Positions 1 to 9,210 of a stretch of DNA of 64,000 nt are shown here, one piece after another (within the stretch, counting starts at the first letter, position 1; each line of letters opens with the position of its first letter). The notes below the pieces were generated by a model. It was not told the DNA's origin, ran no database searches, and saw only the letters and a list, made by a program, of their open reading frames with translations. Source of the stretch: Candidatus Latescibacterota bacterium (GTDB lineage: Bacteria > Latescibacterota > UBA2968 > GCA-2709665); NCBI GenBank assembly GCA_965219455.1, contig OZ244744.1, forward strand, positions 4,864,001 to 4,928,000. Reading direction: 5' to 3'. Position numbers and translations under genes: made by a program.

Positions 1-1293
1 ACGATTTGTCGACGCGACGGAGGAGGCGGGGGTGGGCGATGAAGGATGGGGGGGCGGCGTTGCCTTCGCGGACTACGACGGCGACGGCGACCTGGACCTT
101 TACGTCGCGAACTACGTGCGTTACCGGTTCGGCGAAGAGGGCGGTGGGAGCCGGATACCCTATCTCTCCGAAACCCTGCGGGAAAGGGCGCGTGGAGATC
201 TTCCGCTCTATGCCAGTCCGCTGAATTTTCCCGCGGCATCGAATCGATTCTACCGGAACGACGGCATCGGGCGATTCGTGGATGTCGCGGCGGGGTTGGG
301 TGTGGACGACGCCGACGGGCGGGCCATGGGGGTGGTGTTTTCCGACTGCGATGGGACGGCGATCCGGATTTGTTCGTTTCCGACGACCAGGGTGGGAACA
401 GCCTGTTTCGCAACGACGGACCCTGGCCGGGGGGACGTTTTTCGGACGTGGGTTTGTTCTCGGGCACGGCCTTCGACGGAGACGGCAACGCGCAGGCGAC
501 CATGGGGGTTGCGGCCGGGGATTACAATAACGACGGCAGGTTCGATCTGGCAACCACGGCGTTTCAGGATGAAGTGTTTGCTTTCTACCGGAACGAGGGC
601 GCCGGGCTGTTTCTGGACGTGGCATACCCGTCGGGCCTCGGGCAGTCCACCCGCGGGGTGTTGGGTTGGGGCGTCTTTTTCTTCGATTACGACAACGATG
701 GCTGGCTGGATCTCTTCCTGGCAAATGGGCACGTGCAGGACGGAATCGAGCAGGTGGACCCGGGCGCGTCCACGGCACAATCCAACGCATTGTTTCGAAA
801 TATGGGAAATGGAAGTTTCGAAGACGTGTCATCCGCGTCCGGGCCGGGGTTGATGCTGAGACGTCAGAGCCGGGGCGCGGTGTGTTTCGATTACGATAAC
901 GACGGCGACCTGGATATCGCCGTATTGAATCGGTATTGCCGGATGCCCGGCGGGGTCGTGTCCGGCGTGGACGTGTTGCGCAACGACGGCGGAAATCGCG
1001 GTCACTGGTTGAAGTTGACCCTCAGGGGACGGGGTGGGGGGCCGGGCTCGACAAACGCGTCCGGGGTTGGGGCGAGGGTGACGGTCTGGACGGGGCGGCG
1101 GCGTCAGGTGCGGGAGGTGCGGGCCGGGTCCGGGTACCAGTCGCAGAACGATATACGTGTACACGTGGGCCTGGGCAAAGTGGCGGGTGTGGACAGCATG
1201 GAGGTGCGGTGGCCGGGAGGCGCGCGGCAGATGCTCTACGGCCTGGAGGCGAATCGGGAGATGGTCGTTGCCGAGGCGGGACCCTGGCAGTGA
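1..1293 (+). pseudogene. CRTAC1/ASPIC-UnbV family FG-GAP repeat protein, 5'-partial and frameshifted near 353
   Basis: DYDGDGDLDLYVAN and DYNNDGRFDL repeats, plus a C-terminal ASPIC-like region (GVGARVTV...REVRAGSGYQSQN..VHVGLG). The reading frame switches from ORF 32..853 to ORF 46..1293 at 'gatgggacggc'. May be a sequencing error rather than a true pseudogene. Confidence 0.85.
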
Positions 1294-1345
1294 CGCTCGG
1301 GCCCGATTTCAGGCCTTACGTTGTGTTTGTACCGGGGGAACCGAC

Positions 1346-2101
1346 GTGAGCGAGTCCAACTGGTTGGAAGCGGCAACGGCAACCTGGCCGGAGTGCAGGG
1401 AATTTCTGATAAACACGCCGGTTGCGATCCTGCCTCTCGGCGCAACCGAGCAGCACGGCCCCCACCTGCCCCAGAACACCGATACGGTGCTTGCGGAGGC
1501 TCTGGCCCTCGACGTCGCGAAGAAGACTTCAGGCCTCGTGCTGCCATCGGTCCAGGTGGGGTACTCCTGGAGTTGGCGCGACTATCCGGGCACGCTCACG
1601 TACTCGTTCGACACGTTCAGGGAGGTGGTGAAGGACCTGGCGCGCAGCGTGCACCGGAGTGGCTGCCGGGCGCTGATGACGCTATCAGGACACGGCGCGA
1701 ATCCCGTGCCGTTGAAGATGACCGCCAGAGAGCTTGTCGACGAACTGGATTTGAAGGTGTTGAATGTCTTCTACCCGGGCCTGGATGAAGTGATGGCGGA
1801 TGCCGAGTCGCCGCAATGGGCGCCGATGAATTTTCACGCGGAGGAGTTTGAAACCTCGTTGATGCTCTACCTGAAGCCTGAATGGGTCAGGATGGACCTG
1901 GCCGTGCGGGAGTATCCGCCGCGGTCCGCGGAGTACGAGATGTCCACGCTGCCCCTGGGCAGTCTGTCCGGATCGGGGGTGTTCGGCGATGCCACGGTCG
2001 CCTCCAGGGAGAAGGGCGAGCGGTGGTTTCACGCGTGTGTGACGCGCATGGCCCGGGTGTGGACGGAGTTCCTGTCCGGGCTGGATCCGGGGGGGGCGTG
2101 A
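1346..2101 (+). CDS. creatininase/creatinine amidohydrolase family protein
   Basis: PLGATEQHGPHLP..TD, SGHGAN, HAEEFETS and GVFGDA..AS.EKG motifs. GTG start inferred. Confidence 0.9.
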   Translation: MSESNWLEAATATWPECREFLINTPVAILPLGATEQHGPHLPQNTDTVLAEALALDVAKKTSGLVLPSVQVGYSWSWRDYPGTLTYSFDTFREVVKDLARSVHRSGCRALMTLSGHGANPVPLKMTARELVDELDLKVLNVFYPGLDEVMADAESPQWAPMNFHAEEFETSLMLYLKPEWVRMDLAVREYPPRSAEYEMSTLPLGSLSGSGVFGDATVASREKGERWFHACVTRMARVWTEFLSGLDPGGA

Positions 2102-3024
2102 TGGGAACGGTGATGACGGTGCGGGGGGAGGTCGATGGCGGCGATCTGGGCATTGTGGATTACCACGAACACCTCTATTTCGACGCGCCAGACTGGCTCC
2201 TGAGGGAAGATCGGGATTTCCGGCTGGACAGCGTGGAGCGGTCGGCCGCTGAACTTCGTTCCTGGGTGCGCGCGGGCGGCAGGACCGTGGTCGAAATGTC
2301 GGCGATTGACTTCGGACGCAATGTGCGGCAGGTGATCCGGATTGCGGACATGGTGCCCGACGTGCACGTGGTTGCAATAACGGGATACAACAAGCCCTAT
2401 TTCTGTGACCGCGCGATCCTGAATCAGGACGAAGATACGATGATCAGAAGTTGCATCCGGGATATAAAGGTGGGTATCGACGACACCGGAGTAAAGGCCG
2501 GCATCGTGAAGGGCGGCAGCGGATACAATACGTTTCACGAGGCCGATAGGAAGCTGATGCGTATCGCGGCAAAAGTACATGTGGAGACGCGGGTGCCCGT
2601 CATAACGCATACGGAAGCCGGAACGATGGGGTACGATCAGGTCACGTTTCTGGACGCGCGCGGTGTGCCTCCGCACCGTGTATGTTTGAGCCATATGGAC
2701 AGGAATCCGGATTTCTGGGAGCACCGCCGTATTGCGGAAACCGGCGCCTATCTTGGCTACGACTGCCCGGGGAAAGTGAAATACGGCCCGGATGAATTGC
2801 GCATTTCCGTTCTGAAGCGGATGATCGAAGCCGGACTGGGCGACCGGATTCTGCTGGGCAACGATCTGGGGCGGCCCAGTTACTGGCGAAGCTACGGCGG
2901 CGGACCGGGGTTGGACCACGTGCTGACCCGGTTCGTTCCCCGGCTTCGGGAAGAAGGGGTTTCCGACGGCGCGATCCAGGACTTGCTGGTGAACAATCCG
3001 CGGAGGTTTCTGGCGGGGGCGTAA
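2101..3024 (+). CDS. phosphotriesterase (PTE/Php) family amidohydrolase
   Basis: DYHEHL, THTE, LSHMDR and LLGNDLG metal-ligand motifs. Abuts the upstream stop codon. Confidence 0.9.
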   Translation: MGTVMTVRGEVDGGDLGIVDYHEHLYFDAPDWLLREDRDFRLDSVERSAAELRSWVRAGGRTVVEMSAIDFGRNVRQVIRIADMVPDVHVVAITGYNKPYFCDRAILNQDEDTMIRSCIRDIKVGIDDTGVKAGIVKGGSGYNTFHEADRKLMRIAAKVHVETRVPVITHTEAGTMGYDQVTFLDARGVPPHRVCLSHMDRNPDFWEHRRIAETGAYLGYDCPGKVKYGPDELRISVLKRMIEAGLGDRILLGNDLGRPSYWRSYGGGPGLDHVLTRFVPRLREEGVSDGAIQDLLVNNPRRFLAGA

Positions 3025-3056
3025 CGCGGCCGCGGGCATCGCGAGACCTGGCTTAT

Positions 3057-3114
3057 CAGCCCGTTGAAAAAGTCCATCCGGTCTCGTCTGCAGAGCAACT
3101 TTTCCAACGGACTG
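3057..3114. mobile_element. 58-bp MITE-like element with 17-bp terminal inverted repeats and a TTAT target duplication
   Basis: cagcccgttgaaaaagt (3057-3073) matches the reverse complement of 3098-3114 at 15/17 positions. TTAT at 3053-3056 and 3115-3118. Confidence 0.7.
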
Positions 3115-3116
3115 TT

Positions 3117-4616
3117 ATGGCACTGGTTGTCGGAATCGATCTGGGCACATCCAGCACCAAGACCGTTGTTCTGGACGAAGGCGGCTCGGTAGTGGTTTCG
3201 GCCAGTGCACGTTATACCATGCAAACGCCGCAGGCGGGCTGGGTGGAACAGGACGCGGACGACTGGTGGCGGGCGGTCTGTGAGACAACCCGACGGGTCG
3301 CTGTCGAGCTCCGGGAGCAGGGACGATCCGTCGATGAAGTCCGGGGCGTGTCGCTGTCCGGGCATATGAACGGGGCCGTGTTCGTGGACGGCGCAGGCAA
3401 TCCGCTGAGGGCACCCATTCTCTGGCTCGACCGCCGCTCGCAGGCCGAGTGCGACGCCGCAAACGCGCGCGCTGGCGATCTGCTGAGAACCAGGGCCATG
3501 CACGTGCTGAATCCCATCAACACGCTTGCCAAGGTGCTGTGGGTCCGTGCCCACGAACCGGAGGTATACCAGGACGCGCGGTATGTGCTGATTCCGAAGG
3601 ACTGGGTGCGGTTTCGGATGACCGGTACGTTCGGTACGGACGTGTCGGACGCGTCTGTATCCGCGGCCGCGGATCTTCGGTCGAGGGATTGGAGCAACGA
3701 GATTCTGGATGCCCTGGAGGTGCGCCGCAACCTGTTTCCCGATATTTCGGAGTCTCCCGATGTGATCGGAGCGCTGACCGGCCGGGCTTCCCGGGAGATG
3801 GGGCTGGCCGCGAAGACGCCCGTATGCGCGGGCGGCGGCGATGTCTCCTGCCTCGCGGTGGGCAGCGGTGTTATCGGACCCGGCGTCGTGAACGTGGGCA
3901 TCGGCACGGCGGGGCACGCGCTTGCCTTCGCGGAGAGATTGGATGCCGCGGCTTTCAACAGGCTCTGGCCGATGTGCCATGCGGTCCCGGGCGCCTTTTT
4001 CTGGCTCGGATGTTCGTATACGTGCGGTGCGAGTATGGCCTGGTTGAGTACACAATTCGACGAGGACGTAGCCACCCTCACACGGCACGCGGCGAAGGCG
4101 CCCGCCGGCAGCGAAGGACTTTTCTTTTTTCCGTGGCTGGAAGGGGCGGCAACGCCCCACCCCGACGCGCGCGCCCGGGGCGGCTGGGCGGGTCTGACGC
4201 TGCGTCATACGAAAGCGCACCTGGTACGCTCGCTGATGGAGGGCGTGGCGTTCGATCTGAGACGCTCTCTGGAGTGTTTCGAGGACATCGGGCTGTCAAT
4301 AAAGGACCTGCGAATTGGCGAAGGCGGCGCGAGGTCGGCGCTCTGGCGTCAGATCCAGGCGGACGTGTTCGGACGGGACGTGCGGGTGCTGGAGGTGCAG
4401 GATGCGTCGGCGCTGGGCGCGGCGGTGATTGCCGGCGTGGGTGTGGGCGTGTTTCCCGATTTTGAAACGGCCTGCGAACGCTCGGTGGGCCTGGGCGCAA
4501 CCGTCCGGTGTTGTGCGGCGCGGGCGGTTGAATATGAGAAACAGTTTCACCGGTACTGCGGACTCTATCCAAGCCTGAAAGGCTGGTTTAATGAAAGCGC
4601 GGGCACGAAGAACTGA
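3117..4616 (+). CDS. xylB: xylulokinase (FGGY carbohydrate kinase)
   Basis: GIDLGTSSTK, SGHMNG, ILWLDRRS, TDVSDAS, GGGD and GGARSALWRQIQADV motifs. Confidence 0.88.
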   Translation: MALVVGIDLGTSSTKTVVLDEGGSVVVSASARYTMQTPQAGWVEQDADDWWRAVCETTRRVAVELREQGRSVDEVRGVSLSGHMNGAVFVDGAGNPLRAPILWLDRRSQAECDAANARAGDLLRTRAMHVLNPINTLAKVLWVRAHEPEVYQDARYVLIPKDWVRFRMTGTFGTDVSDASVSAAADLRSRDWSNEILDALEVRRNLFPDISESPDVIGALTGRASREMGLAAKTPVCAGGGDVSCLAVGSGVIGPGVVNVGIGTAGHALAFAERLDAAAFNRLWPMCHAVPGAFFWLGCSYTCGASMAWLSTQFDEDVATLTRHAAKAPAGSEGLFFFPWLEGAATPHPDARARGGWAGLTLRHTKAHLVRSLMEGVAFDLRRSLECFEDIGLSIKDLRIGEGGARSALWRQIQADVFGRDVRVLEVQDASALGAAVIAGVGVGVFPDFETACERSVGLGATVRCCAARAVEYEKQFHRYCGLYPSLKGWFNESAGTKN

Positions 4617-4660
4617 CGACTGCGGTTTTCGTCCGGTTCCTCCCGAATGGAGGTTTGACA

Positions 4661-5050
4661 ATGGATAAGGCATTTGAGCGACCCTACCGACCTTCGCATC
4701 TGGACACCTCGTGGATCGGTTCGTTTCCGCTGCTTGCGATGGCGGAACAGCTGACGGCGGAAGAAGCATTCGCCAAATCGGGTCGGAACGCGCTGACGCT
4801 GGTCAGAGGGGAAGATTTGACCGTGGTGCTCACCGTCATCAGGGAGGGGGCGCTTATCCACGAACATCGAGCGCCAGGCCCCGCGACCGTAATCACGCTC
4901 AGCGGGAGCATTCGGATATTGACCGGCAATGAGAAAATGACCCTGGAACACGGTTCGGCGGTATCGTTCACGGCAGACGTCCCCCACGCAGTGGAAGCCG
5001 GGCAGGACAGTGCGTTCCTTATCGTGATAGGCGGCAGAGGTCCGGGGTGA
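4661..5050 (+). CDS. cupin domain protein
   Basis: IHEHRAPGPA...PHAVEA cupin motifs; GGAGG RBS upstream. Confidence 0.8.
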   Translation: MDKAFERPYRPSHLDTSWIGSFPLLAMAEQLTAEEAFAKSGRNALTLVRGEDLTVVLTVIREGALIHEHRAPGPATVITLSGSIRILTGNEKMTLEHGSAVSFTADVPHAVEAGQDSAFLIVIGGRGPG

Positions 5051-5279
5051 AACGCGGAAATAATCCGCAGGTCAAACGGGGAGGCACCTGGCATTCAAGA
5101 CCCATTCCAAATTTGGTGATTGTCCGCAAATTCCTGTCGTTCACGGCGCAGGAAAGAAGCCGCCATTGTTCAGGCCGGTCATTTGACGTGCGAATCAACA
5201 CCGCCGGTCCACCCGCGGTCCGGGCTGGCGACAGTTGAAAGATCGGGCCAGTTCCCGAATGCAAGGAGGATTCTTCAAT

Positions 5280-6083
5280 ATGGAAATGCTGAGCGAATCG
5301 CAGGTTGCTTTTTTCCGTGAAAACGGGTACATCCGCCTGGAAGGGATGTTCTCTCCGGAAGAAGTGCATGAGATGGGCGAAGAATTGAACTATATCATGG
5401 AAGTGTTCGCGAACTGGGATTCGGCCTGGAAAGGGCCATGGCGGAAGAAGTATATGGATGAAGAAGAGGATGCGGTCGCGACCCTTGTGGCTATCCATGA
5501 GTTGCAGCACTATTCTGCGGCCTGGTCCCGTGCCATCACCAAGCGGGAATTGGGCGCTGCGGTCGGAGACCTGCTGGGATCGGATGCCGTCGAATTGCAT
5601 CACGTAACGCTACACGCGAAACCTCCGGACAAAGGGGCGCCGTTTCCCATGCATCAGGACCTTCCGTTCTTCCCTCACCACGACGGCCGGTACGCCGATT
5701 GCCTTGTGCACCTGGACGATGCCGGCGAAACCAGCGGATGCATCAAATTTCTAAGAGGATCCCACAGGCTCGGCAAGCTGGAACATATTACGGGCGCCGG
5801 TACCGCGCCCCACCTGCCCACAGACCAGTACCGGCTTCAGGATGCCGTGTCGGTTCCGGCCAGGGCCGGCGACGTGGTCCTGTTCTACCTGTGGACCGTT
5901 CACGGGTCGGCCGTCAATCACAGCGGCAACTGGCGCCGCCTGGTGCGGCTCGGTTTCAGAGACCCGCGTAACAGGCAGGAAGGCGGGCAGGGAATGGGGC
6001 GGCCCGGCTTCATGGTAAAGGGCGTCAGACCGAAGGTGGAGGGCGTGGAGGTGGACGTGTACGGCAACTGGGCCGAAAAATAA
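5280..6083 (+). CDS. phytanoyl-CoA dioxygenase (PhyH) family 2OG-Fe(II) oxygenase
   Basis: FFRENGY, AKPP..PMHQD, GSH, GDVVLF...VHGS..N...WRR motifs; AAGGAGG RBS. Confidence 0.9.
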   Translation: MEMLSESQVAFFRENGYIRLEGMFSPEEVHEMGEELNYIMEVFANWDSAWKGPWRKKYMDEEEDAVATLVAIHELQHYSAAWSRAITKRELGAAVGDLLGSDAVELHHVTLHAKPPDKGAPFPMHQDLPFFPHHDGRYADCLVHLDDAGETSGCIKFLRGSHRLGKLEHITGAGTAPHLPTDQYRLQDAVSVPARAGDVVLFYLWTVHGSAVNHSGNWRRLVRLGFRDPRNRQEGGQGMGRPGFMVKGVRPKVEGVEVDVYGNWAEK

Positions 6084-6202
6084 GTCAGGGGTGAGGATCG
6101 AGCGCCGATAAAACGCGGCGTCACGTACGGTTTTCGCGCCGAAATCGAGTACGAAGCGTGCAGGACCAGGGCGCGGATTTTAACGTTTTCCAATGGATTT
6201 CA

Positions 6203-6859
6203 ATGATGAGCGCACACAGATTTTCCATCGCTGAGGCGCTGCGGTTCGGCTGGCGGACAACGACCGGGAATTGCGGTTTTTTTATTGTGGTGGGTATTCT
6301 GGTGCTGGCGATAACCCTGGGTCTGAACGGCGCCGTCGTGGAGATGAATTCGTACTCCGAGGGCTGGGCGTTTATTCTGGGGATTATCACGCTTTTCGCC
6401 GGGATCGTGTTGGACGTGGGACTGATTGTCATTACGCTGCGATTCTGCGACGGTGACCGAGGAACGGTCACGGATCTGTACATCCACTACCCGCTCGGGC
6501 CACGGTATTTCATCTCAAAGATTATTTTTACTCTGATGGTACTCGTCGGGATGGTCTTCCTTATTGTGCCGGGTGTCATACTTGCATTGGTGTTTCAGTT
6601 TTGCGGCTACCACGTTGTGGACGAAGGTACGGGAGCGGTGGAGGCATTGCGGCGCAGCGCAGCCACGACCAGGGACGCCAGATGGCGCCTTTTTCTCTTC
6701 GCTCTTCTGGTGCTGCTGATCAACATCGCCGGATTTCTGTGTCTGCTGGTGGGGTTGTTGTTGACCGTGCCCGCAACGCTATTGGCATATGCGCATGTTT
6801 TCAGGCAACTGCAGGCGCATGGATCGCACGGGTCTTTAACGAACGCATCCGGCGGGTAA
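6203..6859 (+). CDS. integral membrane protein (DUF975-like)
   Basis: About five hydrophobic segments; LIVPG and 'EALRRSAATT' patterns. Confidence 0.7.
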   Translation: MMSAHRFSIAEALRFGWRTTTGNCGFFIVVGILVLAITLGLNGAVVEMNSYSEGWAFILGIITLFAGIVLDVGLIVITLRFCDGDRGTVTDLYIHYPLGPRYFISKIIFTLMVLVGMVFLIVPGVILALVFQFCGYHVVDEGTGAVEALRRSAATTRDARWRLFLFALLVLLINIAGFLCLLVGLLLTVPATLLAYAHVFRQLQAHGSHGSLTNASGG

Positions 6860-6878
6860 TCCGAACAGGGAGACTGTC

Positions 6879-8057
6879 ATGTATCGCATCGGCGATCCGG
6901 AACTCAGGCGTGTCGAGCGGTTGTTCAGGGACGGAGGCATTTTTCGGTACGGACGAACTGGAGAATGCGACCGGTTCGAGGCCAGTTGGGCAAAGCACCT
7001 GGGCGTTAAGTACGCCAGGATGACCACGAGCGGTACGTCGGCGTTATATTGCGCGCTGGTGGGATTGAAGGTGGGTCCCGGTGACGAAGTCATTGTCCCT
7101 GCCTGTACATATATGGCCACCGCGCTGGCGGTGCTGGCGGCAGGCGCGATTCCCGTTGTGGCCGACGTGGACGATTCGATCACGCTCTCCGCGGGAGACG
7201 TGGAGCGCCGGCTGTCGCCCCACACAAGGGCGATCGTTCCCGTGCATATGTGGGGCCTGCCGTGCAACATGAAGGCGCTGATGCGCATTGCGCGCAGGCA
7301 CAAACTGCTTGTGCTCGAGGATGCGTGCCAGGCCGTGGGCGGCGCTTACGAAGGCAGGATGCTGGGTTCGATCGGACACGCGGGCGCCTTCAGTTTCAAC
7401 TTCTACAAGAATATTTCGAGCGGCGAAGGCGGCGCATTCGTGACAGGCAACAAGACGGTTTTCGGACGCGCATCCGTCGCCTCGGATTGCTGTTCGTACT
7501 ATTGGAATCCTGGCCAGAAGAAGGAGGACGAGCAGTTTGCGGGACTTAACTTCAGGGCCCCGGAAGTTTCAGGTGCGATTCTGAATGCCCAGTTGCGGCG
7601 CCTCGATGGGATGCTGGAGAAGATGGGCGCCCACAAACGGCAGTTGTTGGAGGTCGGGGAGACCGCGGGGTTGACCTCCATCGTTAACAACAGTCTGTCG
7701 TATGAGTGTGGCAGCCATCTGGGGTTTATTTTTCCAAACGAGGAAGCGGCGAGGGCTTTCGCAGACGGTCTGCGCAGAAACCGCACCGGCGGATTCCTGC
7801 CCATCGATACGGGACGCCATGTCTATACCCGGTGGGATCCGATTATGAGAAAGCAGGGGGCGCATCACCCCGATATGAATCCTTACAACTTTCCGGCGAA
7901 TCGGAAGTTGAACGTGACGTATTCGATGGATATGTGCAGGGATTCCCTCGATATACTCAGCAGGGTGGTAATGGTATCGATGCATCCCGACAATACGCAG
8001 GTCCGCGTTCGAGAGATGGCGGAAGCGATCAGGAAGGCGGCCGAGGCGTCCCGTTGA
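6879..8057 (+). CDS. DegT/DnrJ/EryC1/StrS family PLP-dependent aminotransferase
   Basis: SGTSAL, GPGDEVIVP, PVHMWG, EDACQA and FSFNFYKNISSGEGG (PLP lysine) motifs. Confidence 0.92.
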   Translation: MYRIGDPELRRVERLFRDGGIFRYGRTGECDRFEASWAKHLGVKYARMTTSGTSALYCALVGLKVGPGDEVIVPACTYMATALAVLAAGAIPVVADVDDSITLSAGDVERRLSPHTRAIVPVHMWGLPCNMKALMRIARRHKLLVLEDACQAVGGAYEGRMLGSIGHAGAFSFNFYKNISSGEGGAFVTGNKTVFGRASVASDCCSYYWNPGQKKEDEQFAGLNFRAPEVSGAILNAQLRRLDGMLEKMGAHKRQLLEVGETAGLTSIVNNSLSYECGSHLGFIFPNEEAARAFADGLRRNRTGGFLPIDTGRHVYTRWDPIMRKQGAHHPDMNPYNFPANRKLNVTYSMDMCRDSLDILSRVVMVSMHPDNTQVRVREMAEAIRKAAEASR

Positions 8058-8158
8058 ACCGCATACTGCAGCGGCGTCCGGCAAGTGGGTGCAGCCGTTG
8101 AAAGGCGGCGTATCCTCCTGATGGCGCCGCGTCAAATGAGCAGTCGAGGAGGGGAATC

Positions 8159-9115
8159 ATGAAGGCGGCATGGGACTGGCATCTGCCGGTAAGAACGGCG
8201 GCACAGCAGCGGGAAATTGTGGAATTCACGCGCGATCTGGGTTTCGATACCCTGATCGTGCGCGAACCAACGGAGGTGATGGCGCGCCGGGGCGTGGAGT
8301 TGGGGGTCAGGGTTGTCGCCGTCGTGTACGCCCGGCCCTCTGACGTGTTTGCCAAAGCGCATCCGGAATGTCTTCAGCGGCTGCTGCCCGCCGAGGAGGA
8401 GATTGCCCGGCTCGAAGGACAGGATACACCCGCCAATTTCCAGCTGTTGTCGCACCGGTGGTTTTCCATCGTGCAGGACGACGCGACGCTGTGCTTCGAG
8501 CACGAGGCTTCAAGGTCGTTTCTGAAGGAGCGGGTGACCACGGCGCTGGAAATCGCGGACGGCGTGTCGTTCGACGGGTTCGGTTTCCGGAACCACTATG
8601 CGTGCTTCTGCGATCGATGCGTCGCTACCCGTAAGGCGATGGCCGTTGAGCAGAACGGGGCGCATGAACCCGAATGGGTCGCACGGATGTCAGAGACGAG
8701 TCTGGTGACGGTTTCCGACGTCCTGTATGAACACGCAAAGGCAATCAAACCGAATGCGATTGTGACCAACCACGTCTGGCCGCCGTTTTACCCCAACGAA
8801 TATTACGGAAACAGGTTGCGGCTGGATTATTGTACACAGACGATTTCCTGGTTCTATACGCCGCACTGGAGCCTGCGCCGCGTGGAATTCGAGACGGCGG
8901 AGATGAAGCGGCTCGAGGATCCGGGACGGAACACGTTTGTGCCGTTTATCGGACTCTATTCGGATCCGTATCTGGTTCGTTCGCCCGAGCGGGTGCGGGC
9001 GGAATTCGAGATCGCTGGCAGGTACGTCGACGGCCACGTCGTGTTGTGCAATCTGGAAACGCCGAGGCTGCATCCCGAAATCGCGGTGGTCGTCAAAGAC
9101 GCACTGGGACAGTGA
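8159..9115 (+). CDS. hypothetical protein, probable glycoside-hydrolase-like TIM barrel
   Basis: LGFDTLIV, DGVSFDG and CFCDRC motifs reminiscent of GHL10/GH42-like proteins; GAGGAGG RBS. Confidence 0.55.
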   Translation: MKAAWDWHLPVRTAAQQREIVEFTRDLGFDTLIVREPTEVMARRGVELGVRVVAVVYARPSDVFAKAHPECLQRLLPAEEEIARLEGQDTPANFQLLSHRWFSIVQDDATLCFEHEASRSFLKERVTTALEIADGVSFDGFGFRNHYACFCDRCVATRKAMAVEQNGAHEPEWVARMSETSLVTVSDVLYEHAKAIKPNAIVTNHVWPPFYPNEYYGNRLRLDYCTQTISWFYTPHWSLRRVEFETAEMKRLEDPGRNTFVPFIGLYSDPYLVRSPERVRAEFEIAGRYVDGHVVLCNLETPRLHPEIAVVVKDALGQ

Positions 9116-9210
9116 GACCGCGTGGCATGAACGTCAAGACGCGGCAATCTGCGCGTTTCCCGCGAGTTCCGTAACCACTGGCACAGGCGCCGCCCCCAAA
9201 CCCCTCCAGG

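Noticed and set aside
8094-8110. cagccgttgaaag resembling the xylB MITE end
   Set aside because: Short match, with no partner IR or target duplication.
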